A DNA stretch of 64,000 nt from Pseudomonadota bacterium. GTDB lineage: Bacteria > Pseudomonadota > Gammaproteobacteria > Burkholderiales > SG8-39. Position numbers and translations under genes: made by a program. The notes below the pieces were generated by a model that saw only the letters and a list, made by a program, of their open reading frames with translations, made no database searches and was not told where the DNA came from. Location: positions 10,539-74,538 of the forward strand of contig JBFMFX010000006.1 in assembly GCA_040752005.1 (NCBI GenBank). The letters run 5' to 3'. Shown one piece after another: positions 1-9,864 of the stretch. Positions within the stretch are counted from its first letter, which is position 1, and each line of letters opens with the position of its first letter.

Positions 1-348
1 AACATGTTCCGCGGCACCGCGCGTGCCTTCGCGGCCGATGCGCCTGCACGCGAGGCCGCGGCGCATGCACTCGCGCAAGGCTGGGACCGCGCGATGCTGC
101 CGGTCGAGCGGCTCTTCCTCTACCTGCCGTTCGAGCACTCCGAGTCGCTCGCCGACCAGGAGCGCGCGCTTGCGCTGATGCGCGAGCTCGCCCGCTATCC
201 GGAAACCGCCGACGCGCTCCAATGGGCGGAGAAGCACCACGCGGTCATCGCCCGCTTCGGGCGCTTTCCCCACCGCAACGCGGCGCTCGGCAGGCCCGGC
301 ACGCCGGCCGAGATCGAGTTCCTCAGGCAGTCAGGCTCGTCGTTCTAG
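1..348 (+). CDS. DUF924 family protein, C-terminal part (5' end outside window)
   Basis: The frame is open from base 1, so the ATG at 4 in the ORF track is probably internal. The translation [10 protein letters not shown]...[10 protein letters not shown]...[15 protein letters not shown] carries motifs I associate with DUF924. Stop is TAG at 346-348. Confidence 0.7.
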   Translation, partial: NMFRGTARAFAADAPAREAAAHALAQGWDRAMLPVERLFLYLPFEHSESLADQERALALMRELARYPETADALQWAEKHHAVIARFGRFPHRNAALGRPGTPAEIEFLRQSGSSF

Positions 349-2054
349 TCCCCGTCGGTGATCGCGCCCCTGGAAGCGCTCGAGACCAGCCGGATGTATT
401 TAGCCATCACGCCCCGGGTATAGCGCGGCTTGGGCGGTTTCCACTTCTTCCTGCGCGCGGCAAGCTCCTTCGCCGAGACGTTGAGCTGGATGAGGCGCTT
501 TTTCGCGTCAATGGTGATCGAATCGCCCTCTTTCACGAGCGCGATCGTGCCGCCGACGTAGGCTTCGGGGGCGACATGCCCCACCACCAGGCCCCAGGTG
601 CCCCCGGAGAAGCGCCCGTCGGTGAGCAGACCCACCGACTCGCCGAGCCCCTGGCCGATCAACGCCGAAGTGGGCGCGAGCATCTCCTGCATGCCCGGGC
701 CTCCCTTCGGCCCCTCGTAGCGGATGACGATCACGTCGCCGGGGCGGATTTTCTTCGCGAGGATCGCCTTCATGCAGGCGTTTTCCGAGTCGAACACCCG
801 TGCCGGCCCGGTGATCGAGGTCCTCTTCAGCCCGGTGATCTTGGCCACGCAGCCCTCGGTGGCGAGATTGCCCTTCAGGATCGCGAGGTGCCCCTGCGGA
901 TAGAGCGGCCTGGACCAGGGCCGGATGACGTCCTGGTCGGTGCGCGGCTCATCGGGCACATTCGCGAGCATCTCGGCCATCGTCTTGCCGTGGATCGTCA
1001 TGCACTCGCCGTGCAGCACGCCGTGATTGAGCAGGATCTTGAGCACCTGCGGCACGCCGCCGGCGCGATGGAAGTCCACCGCGACATAACGGCCGGAGGG
1101 CTTGAGGTCGCACAGCACCGGCACTTTCCGTCGCACGCGCTCGAAGTCGTCCAGGGTCCACTTGACGCCGGCGGCGGCGGCGATCGCGAGATAGTGCAGC
1201 ACCGCGTTGGTCGAGCCGCCGGTCGCCATCACCAGCGCGACCGCGTTCTCGATGGACTTTCTCGTGATGATGTCGCGCGGCCGCAGGTTCTTCTTCACCG
1301 CCTCGACCAGCACGCGCGCCGATTCGGCGGCCGAGTCCGCCTTCTCCGGGTCGGGCGAGGCCATCTGCGAGGAGCCGAGCAAGCTCATGCCGAGCGCTTC
1401 GAACGAGGAGGACATCGTGTTCGCGGTGTACATGCCGCCGCAGGCACCCACCGTCGGACAGGCGTTCTTTTCGATGCCGATGAAATCCTCCTCGCTCATC
1501 TTGCCGGCGGTATAGGCCCCCACCGCCTCGAACGCCGAGACAATCGTGAGCGGCTGGCCTTTCCACACCCCCGGCTTGATGGTGCCGGCGTACACGAAGA
1601 TCGCCGGCACGTTCATGCGCGCGATCGCCATCATCGCCCCGGGCATGTTCTTGTCGCAGCCGCCGACCGCGAGCACGCCGTCCATCGCCTGGCCGTTGAC
1701 GCTGGTCTCGATCGCGTCCGCGATCACCTCGCGCGACACCAGCGAGTACTTCATCGCTTCGGTCCCCATGCCGATGCCATCGGTCACCGTCGGAAAACCG
1801 AACGTCTGGGGCTTGGCGCCCGCCGCCTCCAGTGCCGCCACGGCCCGGTCCACCAGCGGCTGGATCCCGGCGTTGCACGGGTTCATCGTCGAGTGGCCGT
1901 TCGCCACCCCGATGATCGGTTTGTCGAAATCGCCGTCCTTGAACCCGACCGCGCGCAGCATCGCCCGGTTGGGCGAGCGGGCCACCCCCTGGGTGATCAG
2001 CCGCGAGCGGCGGTTGGGCGGCGAGGCCGCGTTGTCCTTCGTCTTTTCTGCCAT
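345..2054 (-). CDS. ilvD: dihydroxy-acid dehydratase
   Basis: 569-aa ORF with [31 protein letters not shown] and [13 protein letters not shown], which are IlvD/Edd family hallmarks. Length is typical. Confidence 0.95.
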   Translation of the reverse strand: MAEKTKDNAASPPNRRSRLITQGVARSPNRAMLRAVGFKDGDFDKPIIGVANGHSTMNPCNAGIQPLVDRAVAALEAAGAKPQTFGFPTVTDGIGMGTEAMKYSLVSREVIADAIETSVNGQAMDGVLAVGGCDKNMPGAMMAIARMNVPAIFVYAGTIKPGVWKGQPLTIVSAFEAVGAYTAGKMSEEDFIGIEKNACPTVGACGGMYTANTMSSSFEALGMSLLGSSQMASPDPEKADSAAESARVLVEAVKKNLRPRDIITRKSIENAVALVMATGGSTNAVLHYLAIAAAAGVKWTLDDFERVRRKVPVLCDLKPSGRYVAVDFHRAGGVPQVLKILLNHGVLHGECMTIHGKTMAEMLANVPDEPRTDQDVIRPWSRPLYPQGHLAILKGNLATEGCVAKITGLKRTSITGPARVFDSENACMKAILAKKIRPGDVIVIRYEGPKGGPGMQEMLAPTSALIGQGLGESVGLLTDGRFSGGTWGLVVGHVAPEAYVGGTIALVKEGDSITIDAKKRLIQLNVSAKELAARRKKWKPPKPRYTRGVMAKYIRLVSSASRGAITDGD

Positions 2055-2140
2055 GGTGCTCTCCTACGTCGAAGACGCGAGTCTAACGGAGCCGCGCACC
2101 CTCGCTCCACATCCCCCTACAATGGCCCCCGGTCGCGCCG

Positions 2141-2917
2141 ATGCTCGTCCACCCCAGTTTCGATCCGGTCGCGTTCTCGATCGGGCCGCTCGCCGTGCGC
2201 TGGTACGGCCTCATGTGGCTCGCCGGCTTTGCCTGCGGCTGGTGGCTCGGGCGCCGGCGCATCGCCGCGGGGCTCGCGCCGATCTCGCGCGAGCAGTTCG
2301 ACGACCTGCTTTTCGCGGTGGTGCTGGGCGCGATCGCGGGCGGCCGGCTCGGATACGTGCTGTTCTACAAGCCCGGTTATTACGCCGCGCATCCGCTGGA
2401 GGTGCTCTTTCTGTGGCAGGGCGGGATGTCGTTCCACGGCGGCTTTCTCGGCGTGCTCGCCGCCGTGGCGGTTTTCGCACGGCGCGAGCGGCTCGACTGG
2501 TGGCGCCTGATGGACTTCGTCGCGCCGCTCGTGCCGCTCGGTCTCGCCGCCGGGCGCCTGGGCAACTTCATCAATGGCGAGCTGTGGGGCCGGCCGACCG
2601 ATCTTCCCTGGGGCATGGTGTTCGCGGGCGCGGGGCCCGAACCGCGTCACCCGTCGCAGCTCTACCAGCTCGCGGGCGAAGGTCTCGCGCTCTTTGCGCT
2701 GCTGTGGTGGTTCTCGGCGCGCCCGCGGCCGCGCGCGCAGGTGTCGGCGCTTTTCCTGGTCGGCTACGGCGTAGCGCGCTTTCTGGCGGAGTTCGCGCGC
2801 GAGCCCGACGCGTTTCTCGGCTACCTTGCCCTCGGCCTCACCATGGGACAGTGGCTGAGCCTGCCGATGATCGCCGCCGGCGCCGCGCTACTCGCCTGGA
2901 GCCGCAGGCGCCGCTGA
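2141..2917 (+). CDS. lgt: prolipoprotein diacylglyceryl transferase
   Basis: 258-aa polytopic ORF with [18 protein letters not shown] and [16 protein letters not shown], which are Lgt signatures. Confidence 0.95.
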   Translation: MLVHPSFDPVAFSIGPLAVRWYGLMWLAGFACGWWLGRRRIAAGLAPISREQFDDLLFAVVLGAIAGGRLGYVLFYKPGYYAAHPLEVLFLWQGGMSFHGGFLGVLAAVAVFARRERLDWWRLMDFVAPLVPLGLAAGRLGNFINGELWGRPTDLPWGMVFAGAGPEPRHPSQLYQLAGEGLALFALLWWFSARPRPRAQVSALFLVGYGVARFLAEFAREPDAFLGYLALGLTMGQWLSLPMIAAGAALLAWSRRRR

Positions 2918-2926
2918 CCGCCGGCC

Positions 2927-5629
2927 CTACAGGCCGGCGCGGTACCGGCGCAGTAGCGCCTCGAACTCTTCCGGGGCGAGCGGCGGGCTGAAGAGATAGC
3001 CCTGCATGTCGTCGGCACCGAGCGCGCGCAGGAGCGCCGCCTGCTCCGCGGTCTCCACGCCCTCGGCAACGGTGCGCAGCCCGAGCGAGCGGGCAAGGTT
3101 GACGATCGTGGCGACGATCGCCCGCCCCTCGTCGCCCTGCGTCATCGCGACGATGAAGGAGCGGTCAATCTTGAGCGTGGTCACCGGGAGCCTGGCGATG
3201 TAGTTGAGCGAGGAGTACCCGGTGCCGAAATCGTCCACGGCGATCTCGACGTCCATCTCGCGCAGCTCGCGCAGCTTGCCGATGGTGGCCTCCAGCTCGC
3301 GCATCACCTGGTCCTCGGTGATCTCCAGCTCCAGGTCGCGGGCACTCGCGCCCGCGGCCTCGATCGCGGCGCGCACCTCGCGCACGAAGTCGCGCCGCGC
3401 GAGCTGGATCGGCGAGACATTCACTGCGACGCGCGGCAACGCCAGCCCGCGCACGCGCCAGGCGCGGCGCTCGCCGAGCGCGCGCGCGAGCACCTGCCTT
3501 CCGGCCTCCAGGATCAGCCCGGTTTCCTCCAGCAACGGAATGAATTTCGCCGGCGGCACCAGCCCCTCGCCCGGGGCCCGCCAGCGCAGCAGCGCCTCGT
3601 AGCCGGTGATCCGGCCGGTAGCCAGGCTCACCCGCGGCTGGTAATGCAGCACGAGTTCGCCCCGCTCCAGGGCGCGGCGCAGTCGCGTCTCCAACAGCAG
3701 CGCTTCGGCGGCACGCGCGCTCATTTCCGGGGCGTAGAACCCGACACGCTCGGCCCCGGCTTTCGCCTTGGCGAGCGCCGCCTCGGCGTTGCGGAAAAGC
3801 TGCTCGGCGTCGCGACCGTCGCCCGGAAACAAGGCGATGCCCGCGCGCGCGGCGATGCGCAGCTCCTGCTCGTTCACCTCGAACGGCGGGTCGAAGCAGG
3901 TGCGCAGCAGCCCCTCGACCGCGCGCGCCAGCTCGCCGGCATGCGCGGCGCCGCGCAGCACGAGCGCGAACGTGTTGGCCCCGACGCGCGCCGGCAGCTC
4001 GTGGCTCTGCATCGCCGCGCGTAGCCGTGCCGCCACCTTCCGCAGCAGCTTGTCGCCCGCCTTGCGGCCGAGCGTCTCGTTGACGCCGCGGAACCGCTCC
4101 AGGTCGAGCAGCACCACCGCGACCATCGCCTGTTCGCTGCCGCGCGTGCGCAGGTGCTGCCCGAGATGGTCGTAGAACAGCGTGCGGTTGGGAAGCCCGG
4201 TGAGCGGGTCGTAGTAGGCGAGATAGTCGGCGCGCGCCGCCTTGGCAGAATAGTCGAGCGCGAAGGAGATATCCGCGGCGAGCTCCTCCAGCAGCGTCAC
4301 CTCCTCCTCGGTGAACGATCCGGGGGCCTCGCCGTAGAGCACGAACACGCCTTCGATCCTGTCCTCGACCACGAGCGGCAGCGCCACTGTGGAACGCAGC
4401 CCGCGGGCGAGCGCTTCGGCGCGGTGGTAGCCGACATCGGGCTGCTGCGCCATGTCGTTTTCCACCACGGTGCGGCGCTCGCGGATGGCGCGCCCCGCGA
4501 CGCCCTGCGCGCTGGGCGAGCGCTCCGCGGTTTCCAGCCGCGCGCCGACTGGCAGCCCGACGTCGAAGCCGGCGCGGGCGGCAAGGCGGTACTCGCCATC
4601 CTCGCCGCGCACCGCGATCCAGGCCATCGGCGAGCCGCCGTGCTCGACCGCGACCCGGCAGGCCTCGCGCAGCAGCTCGTCCCGGTCGCGGATGCGCACG
4701 ATCGCGGAGTTGATCGCCGACAGCATCACGTGGATGCGGTGCAGGCAGGCGATGCGCGCCTCCTGCGCCTTGCGCTCGCTGATGTCGCGGATCACCACCA
4801 GAGCGAGCCTGTCGCCGCCCGACTCGAAAGCGATCGCGCGCGACTCCACCTGCATGCGCGCGCCGTCCAGGCGAACGTGGACCTGCTCCTGCGGCGGCAC
4901 CGTCGCCCCGGGGGCGGCGAGCCGGCGCACGCGCTCGCGCACCGTCTCGTGAAACTCCGGCGCAATGAAGTCGTAGATCGGGCGTCCGACCATTTCCGAC
5001 GGCGCGCGCGCGCCGTAGAGCGCGAGCGCCGCACGGTTGACGAACACGATGCGCTCGCCGTCGCGCACCCAGATCGCATCCGGCGACATCTCGACGAGGC
5101 TGCGGTAGCGTTCCTCGGCCTCGCGCAGCCGGCAATTGGCCTGCTCGAGCTCCGCGGTTCGGCTGCGCACCCGCTCCTCCAGGTCGGCGCGCGCGCGGTC
5201 GAGCGCGATCAGCAGCCGCTTTCTCTCGATCGCGTGTCGCAGCGTGCGCGCGAGCAGCGCCGGGTCGAGTTCGCCCTTGACGAGATAGTCCTGCGCCCCG
5301 CAGCGCAGGACGGCGAGCTCGAGCGTCTCGTCCGGCTGTCCGGTGAGCACCACGACCGGCGTGTCGGGCGCCGCCCGCACGAGCCCGGACACTGTGTCCG
5401 GTCCCGTGCTGTCGGGCAGGCCGAGATCCGTGAGGACGACGTCTACTTCGCCGCGCGCGAGCGCGGCCAACGCATCCGCCAGACGCGGCGCGATACCGGC
5501 CAGCACCAGCCCTCGTTGGCGCAGCGGTGCAAAGGCGCGCCGCACGAAAAGCGCGTCGTCGGCGTTGTCTTCCACGAGGAGAACCCGCACCGCACCGGCT
5601 CCCCCTTGCGCGGCCGCATGAACATCCAT
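2927..5629 (-). CDS. REC-PAS-GAF-GGDEF(degenerate)-EAL signalling protein, probably a c-di-GMP phosphodiesterase
   Basis: 900-aa ORF. The receiver domain is VRVLLVEDN...VVLTDLGLPD, followed by a PAS-like and a GAF-like segment. The GGDEF position reads RVGANTFALV (GANTF instead of GGDEF). The EAL domain has EALLRW and DDFGTGYSSL intact. Confidence 0.9.
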   Translation of the reverse strand: MDVHAAAQGGAGAVRVLLVEDNADDALFVRRAFAPLRQRGLVLAGIAPRLADALAALARGEVDVVLTDLGLPDSTGPDTVSGLVRAAPDTPVVVLTGQPDETLELAVLRCGAQDYLVKGELDPALLARTLRHAIERKRLLIALDRARADLEERVRSRTAELEQANCRLREAEERYRSLVEMSPDAIWVRDGERIVFVNRAALALYGARAPSEMVGRPIYDFIAPEFHETVRERVRRLAAPGATVPPQEQVHVRLDGARMQVESRAIAFESGGDRLALVVIRDISERKAQEARIACLHRIHVMLSAINSAIVRIRDRDELLREACRVAVEHGGSPMAWIAVRGEDGEYRLAARAGFDVGLPVGARLETAERSPSAQGVAGRAIRERRTVVENDMAQQPDVGYHRAEALARGLRSTVALPLVVEDRIEGVFVLYGEAPGSFTEEEVTLLEELAADISFALDYSAKAARADYLAYYDPLTGLPNRTLFYDHLGQHLRTRGSEQAMVAVVLLDLERFRGVNETLGRKAGDKLLRKVAARLRAAMQSHELPARVGANTFALVLRGAAHAGELARAVEGLLRTCFDPPFEVNEQELRIAARAGIALFPGDGRDAEQLFRNAEAALAKAKAGAERVGFYAPEMSARAAEALLLETRLRRALERGELVLHYQPRVSLATGRITGYEALLRWRAPGEGLVPPAKFIPLLEETGLILEAGRQVLARALGERRAWRVRGLALPRVAVNVSPIQLARRDFVREVRAAIEAAGASARDLELEITEDQVMRELEATIGKLRELREMDVEIAVDDFGTGYSSLNYIARLPVTTLKIDRSFIVAMTQGDEGRAIVATIVNLARSLGLRTVAEGVETAEQAALLRALGADDMQGYLFSPPLAPEEFEALLRRYRAGL

Positions 5630-5667
5630 CTGCCCGTCATGCTACCCCGGTGCGGCGGCGGACTCCG

Positions 5668-8535
5668 TTAACTGGTTGGCAGGCAAGCCTCGAGCACGCG
5701 CACCGCATGCAGCGCCCGCCGTCCCGCGCCCTCGGCGATCTGCTGGCGGCAGCTCGTCCCATCTGCAATCACGATCGCATCCGCCGGCGCCGCGCGCACC
5801 GCGGGAAGGAGCGCACCTTCGGCCATCTTCATCGAAACGCCATAGTGCTCGGCCTCGAAACCGAAGCTTCCGGCCATGCCGCAGCAGCTCGAGTCGATCG
5901 TGCGCAGCGCAAGCTCGGGCACGAGACGCAACGTGCGTTCCACCGCCGGCATCGCGTCGAACGCCTTCTGATGGCAGTGCCCGTGAACGAGCGCCTGCGC
6001 ACGCAGCGGGCGCAGTCGCAGGTCGAGCCGCCCGGCGTCGGCTTCGCGCGCGAGGAACTCCTCGAGGAGCCGCGTGCGCCGCGCGAGCGCCGCGGCTTCG
6101 GCGCCGGGCATCAGGGCGAGCAGTTCGTCGCGCAGGGTGAAGGTGCACGACGGTTCCAGCCCGGCGATGGTCACGCCGCGCTCGACGAACGGGCTCATCG
6201 CATCGAGCAGGCGCCGCGCCTCGCGCCGCGCCTCGGCCACGCGCCCGACCGCGAGCAGCGGACGGCCGCAGCACAGCGGCCGCGCGCCGCGCACAGGACG
6301 CGGCGCGCGCACCGCGTAGCCGGCGGCGCCGAGCACGCGCAATGCCGCCCGCGCGTTTTCCGGTTCGAACCAGCGGTTGAAGCAGTCCACGAACAGCACC
6401 GCCTCGCGCATTCCCGGCGAATCGGCGATCTCGGCGTCGCGCCAGCAGTCCGTGCGCCAGCGCGGCAGACGGCGCTCGCGCGCGAAGCCGGCAAGCGGCG
6501 CGGCGAGGTCCTGCAGCGCGTTGGCGAGCGGCGCGGCGCGCGCCGCGAGCGGCGCGTAGCGCGGCAGCCACCCGATCAGCCGGTCGCGCAGGCTCCAGCC
6601 GCGCCGCGCCTTGTAGTGCGCAAGAAACTCGAGCTTCATGCGCGCCATGTCCACGCCGGTCGGGCATTCGCGCTTGCAGCCCTTGCACGAGACGCACAGC
6701 TCGAGCGCTTCCTTCACCGCCTCATCGGCCGCGTCGCCCAGCTGCCCGGAAAGCGCCAGGCGCAGCGTGTTCGCGCGCCCGCGGGTGAGGTGGATCTCGT
6801 CGCGCGTCGCGCGGTACGACGGGCACATGGTGCCGGCGTCGAACTTGCGGCAGTGGCCGTTGTTGTTGCACATCTCGACGGCCTTGTCGTAGCCGCCCCA
6901 GTCCGACCAGTCGAGCGCCTCGCGCGGCGCCTGGGTGCGGTAGCCGGGCGGAAAGCGAAACAGCCGCACCTCGTCCATGCGCGGCGGATTGACGATCTTG
7001 CCCGGGTTCATCAGCCCTTTCGGGTCGAGCCGGCGCTTGATCTCGGCAAGCGCCGCGGTGAGCCGCGGCCCGAAGAACGGCGCGATCCATTCCGATCTCA
7101 CCAGGCCATCGCCGTGTTCGCCGGAATAGGCGCCCTTGTAACGCCTGACCAGCGCCGCCGCCTCCTCGGCGATGGCGCGCATCTTCTGCGCGCCGTCGCG
7201 GCGCATGTCGAGCACCGGGCGAACGTGCAGGCAGCCGACCGAGGCATGCGCGTACCAAGTGCCGCGCGTGCCGTGGCGCTCGAACACCTCGGTCAGGCGC
7301 GCGGTGTATTCGGCGAGATGCTCCAGCGGCACCGCGCAGTCCTCGATGAACGACACCGGCTTGCCGTCGCCCTTCATGGACATCATGATGTTGAGGCCGG
7401 CCTTTCTCACCTCCCAGACTTCCTTCTGCAGCCGGGGGTCGGTGACCGGGACGACACTTCCGGGCAGGCCGAGATCGGCCATCAGCTCGGCGAGCTCGTT
7501 CAGCCTGCGCGCCCCCTGCGCCGCGTCCTCGCCGGAGAACTCCACCAGCAGGATCGCGTCGGGCTCGCCGCGAATGAACGCCTCGACCGTGCGGCGGAAT
7601 GCGCCGATCTCGCGCGCCAGTTCGATCATCGTGCGATCCACCAGCTCCACCGCCGAAGGGCCGAGGCGCACGATGTGCTGCGTCGAGTCCATCGCGGTGT
7701 AGAAGCGCGGAAAGTGCACCACGCCGAGCGCGCGCGCCGCCGGCAGCGGCGCAAGCTTCAGGTGCAACCGCTCGAACCACGCCAGCGTACCTTCGGAACC
7801 CACCAGAAGGTGCGCCGCGTTCTCGTACGGCGGCCCGAGGTGATCCAGGTTGTAGCCGGCGACCTTTCTCAGCAGCTTCGGAAAGCGCGCCGCGATTTCG
7901 TCCTTTTCCCGCTCGTAGAGCGCGCGCAGCCACCCGACGAACTCGACGTAGCCCGGCGGCCCGGCGGCCTCGGCAAACGGCCCGAAACGCCAGCGCTCGC
8001 CCGAGGCGGTCACCGCCTCGATCGCGAGCACGTTGTGCACCATGTTGCCGTAGGCGATCGAGCGCGAGCCGCAGGAGTTGTTGCCGGCCATTCCGCCCAG
8101 GGTCGCCTGCGCGCTCGTGGACACGTCCACCGGAAACCAGAGGCCGTGCGGCCGCAGCTTCGCATTCAGCTCATCGAGCACGATGCCCGGCTGCACCACC
8201 GCACGGCGCCCCTCGACATCCAGTTCGACGAGCGCGCGCAGATATTTGGAGTGGTCGATGACCAGCGCCGCGCCGACCGTCTGTCCGCATTGCGAGCTGC
8301 CGGCGCCGCGCGCGAGCACCGGCACCCGGTGCTCGGACGCGATCGCGAGCGCGGTGCGCGCCGCCTCCTCGGTGCGCGGCACCACCACGCCCAGCGGCAT
8401 CACCTGGTAAATGGAGGCGTCGGTCGCGTACCGGCCGCGCGAGGCGGGATCGAACAGGATCTCTGCGTCCACCTGGCGGCGAAGCCTCGCCTCGAGCGAG
8501 TCCATCGCGAACCGGGAAGTGCCGGCGTTGCGCAT
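5668..8535 (-). CDS. FAD-binding oxidase fused to an Fe-S/CCG domain (GlcD-GlcF or YdiJ-like 2-hydroxyacid dehydrogenase)
   Basis: 955-aa ORF. It has an N-terminal FAD PCMH-type domain (ATDASIYQVMPLGVVVPR, ARGAGSSQCGQ), a 4Fe-4S motif CVSCKGCKRECPTG, and a Cys-rich C-terminus (HGHCHQKA, SSCCGMAGSFG). An alternative start at M11 (8505) is possible. Confidence 0.85.
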   Translation of the reverse strand: MRNAGTSRFAMDSLEARLRRQVDAEILFDPASRGRYATDASIYQVMPLGVVVPRTEEAARTALAIASEHRVPVLARGAGSSQCGQTVGAALVIDHSKYLRALVELDVEGRRAVVQPGIVLDELNAKLRPHGLWFPVDVSTSAQATLGGMAGNNSCGSRSIAYGNMVHNVLAIEAVTASGERWRFGPFAEAAGPPGYVEFVGWLRALYEREKDEIAARFPKLLRKVAGYNLDHLGPPYENAAHLLVGSEGTLAWFERLHLKLAPLPAARALGVVHFPRFYTAMDSTQHIVRLGPSAVELVDRTMIELAREIGAFRRTVEAFIRGEPDAILLVEFSGEDAAQGARRLNELAELMADLGLPGSVVPVTDPRLQKEVWEVRKAGLNIMMSMKGDGKPVSFIEDCAVPLEHLAEYTARLTEVFERHGTRGTWYAHASVGCLHVRPVLDMRRDGAQKMRAIAEEAAALVRRYKGAYSGEHGDGLVRSEWIAPFFGPRLTAALAEIKRRLDPKGLMNPGKIVNPPRMDEVRLFRFPPGYRTQAPREALDWSDWGGYDKAVEMCNNNGHCRKFDAGTMCPSYRATRDEIHLTRGRANTLRLALSGQLGDAADEAVKEALELCVSCKGCKRECPTGVDMARMKLEFLAHYKARRGWSLRDRLIGWLPRYAPLAARAAPLANALQDLAAPLAGFARERRLPRWRTDCWRDAEIADSPGMREAVLFVDCFNRWFEPENARAALRVLGAAGYAVRAPRPVRGARPLCCGRPLLAVGRVAEARREARRLLDAMSPFVERGVTIAGLEPSCTFTLRDELLALMPGAEAAALARRTRLLEEFLAREADAGRLDLRLRPLRAQALVHGHCHQKAFDAMPAVERTLRLVPELALRTIDSSCCGMAGSFGFEAEHYGVSMKMAEGALLPAVRAAPADAIVIADGTSCRQQIAEGAGRRALHAVRVLEACLPTS

Positions 8536-8600
8536 GGCGCCATTTTTGCACGTGGCGCGCCCGGCGCTGGCAAAATGACAGGTTTTGCGAGGAGCGCCTC

Positions 8601-9794
8601 ATGCCGAGAACCGCCGGACGTCACTTTCTCCAGATCCCGGGACCGACCAACGTCCCCGACCGCGTGCTGCGCGCGATCGACTTCCCCACCATGGACCATC
8701 GCGGCCCGGAGTTCGGCGCGCTCGGCCGCGAGGTGCTGGAGGGGATGAAGCGCGTATTCCGGACCGCCGGCCACGTCGTGATCTACCCGGCTTCGGGCAC
8801 GGGCGCGTGGGAGGCCGCGCTCGTCAACACGCTCTCGCCGGGAGACCGCGTGCTCATGTACGAGACCGGGCACTTCGCGACACTGTGGCAGAAGATGGCC
8901 CGGCGGCTGGGCCTTGAGCCGGAGTTCATCGCCGGCGACTGGCGCACCGGCGCCGACCCGCAGCGAATCGAGGAGCGCCTGCGCGCCGACACCGCGGGCG
9001 CGATCAAGGCGGTGTGCGTGGTGCACAACGAGACCTCGACCGGCGTTGCCTCGCGCATCTCCGAGATCCGCCGCGCGATGGACGCCGCCGGCCACCCGGC
9101 GCTTCTCGTGGTGGACACGATCTCGTCGCTCGCCTCGATGGACTATCGGCACGACGAATGGGGAGTGGACGTCACCGTCGCCGGCTCGCAGAAGGGGCTG
9201 ATGCTGCCCCCGGGGCTTTCCTTCAACGCGGTCTCCGCCAAGGCGCTGGAGGCGGCCAAGCGCGCGCGTCTGCCGAAGAGCTACTGGGCGTGGGACGAGA
9301 TGCTCGCCCACAACCGCGACGGTTACTTCCCCTACACGCCGGCGACGAACCTGCTCTACGGGCTGCGCGAGGCGTTGCGGATGCTGGAGGAAGAAGGGTT
9401 GGAGAACGTCTTCGCGCGCCATGCACGCCACGCGGAGGCGACGCGCCGCGCGGTGCGCGCCTGGGGGCTGGAGGTGCTGGCGACAAACCCGGCGGAGTAT
9501 TCCAGCTCGCTCACCGCAGTGCTGCTGCCTGCCGGTTACGACGCCAATCGGGTGCGCAAGGTCATCCTGGAGCACTTCGACCTGTCGCTCGGCACCGGCT
9601 TGGGCAAGCTCGCCGGCAAGATCTTCCGCATCGGCCATCTGGGGGATTTCAACGACCTCATGCTCGCCGGCACGCTCGCCGGCTGCGAAATGGGGCTGGC
9701 GCTCGCGGGGGTTCCGGTGAAACGGGAGGGCGTGCAGGCGGCGCTCGCCTGGCTCACTGAGTGCCGGTCGAAGCCGGCCCGCGCGGCGGCCTGA
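8601..9794 (+). CDS. class V aminotransferase (serine-glyoxylate / alanine-glyoxylate type)
   Basis: 397-aa ORF with HFLQIPGPTNVPDRVL, VHNETSTGV and the PLP-Lys context VAGSQKGLMLPPG. AGGAG lies 8 nt upstream of the ATG. Confidence 0.85.
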   Translation: MPRTAGRHFLQIPGPTNVPDRVLRAIDFPTMDHRGPEFGALGREVLEGMKRVFRTAGHVVIYPASGTGAWEAALVNTLSPGDRVLMYETGHFATLWQKMARRLGLEPEFIAGDWRTGADPQRIEERLRADTAGAIKAVCVVHNETSTGVASRISEIRRAMDAAGHPALLVVDTISSLASMDYRHDEWGVDVTVAGSQKGLMLPPGLSFNAVSAKALEAAKRARLPKSYWAWDEMLAHNRDGYFPYTPATNLLYGLREALRMLEEEGLENVFARHARHAEATRRAVRAWGLEVLATNPAEYSSSLTAVLLPAGYDANRVRKVILEHFDLSLGTGLGKLAGKIFRIGHLGDFNDLMLAGTLAGCEMGLALAGVPVKREGVQAALAWLTECRSKPARAAA

Positions 9795-9864
9795 TGCCGG
9801 CGGCGCCCGGGCGCTGCGGTATCATCCGCCGCCAGGCGCGTTTCACAACCCGGAGGAGAAAATC

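Noticed and set aside
222-2510. 762-aa plus-strand ORF overlapping ilvD (antisense) and lgt (out of frame)
   Set aside because: It is Arg/Ala/Pro/Gly-rich low-complexity translation with no recognisable domain. The opposite strand encodes full-length IlvD. Long stop-free antisense frames are expected at this GC content.
8536-8600. Sigma54-like TGGCA ... TTTGC elements between the FAD/FeS oxidase and the aminotransferase
   Set aside because: The GG to GC spacing is about 16 nt rather than the required roughly 11 nt, so it does not fit a -24/-12 promoter. The three TTTTGC-like repeats may be an operator, but the evidence is too thin.
5527-8748. 1073-aa plus-strand ORF antisense to the FAD/FeS oxidase
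   Set aside because: Same high-GC artefact pattern (poly-R/A/H/Q). The minus strand has clear FAD-binding and Fe-S motifs.
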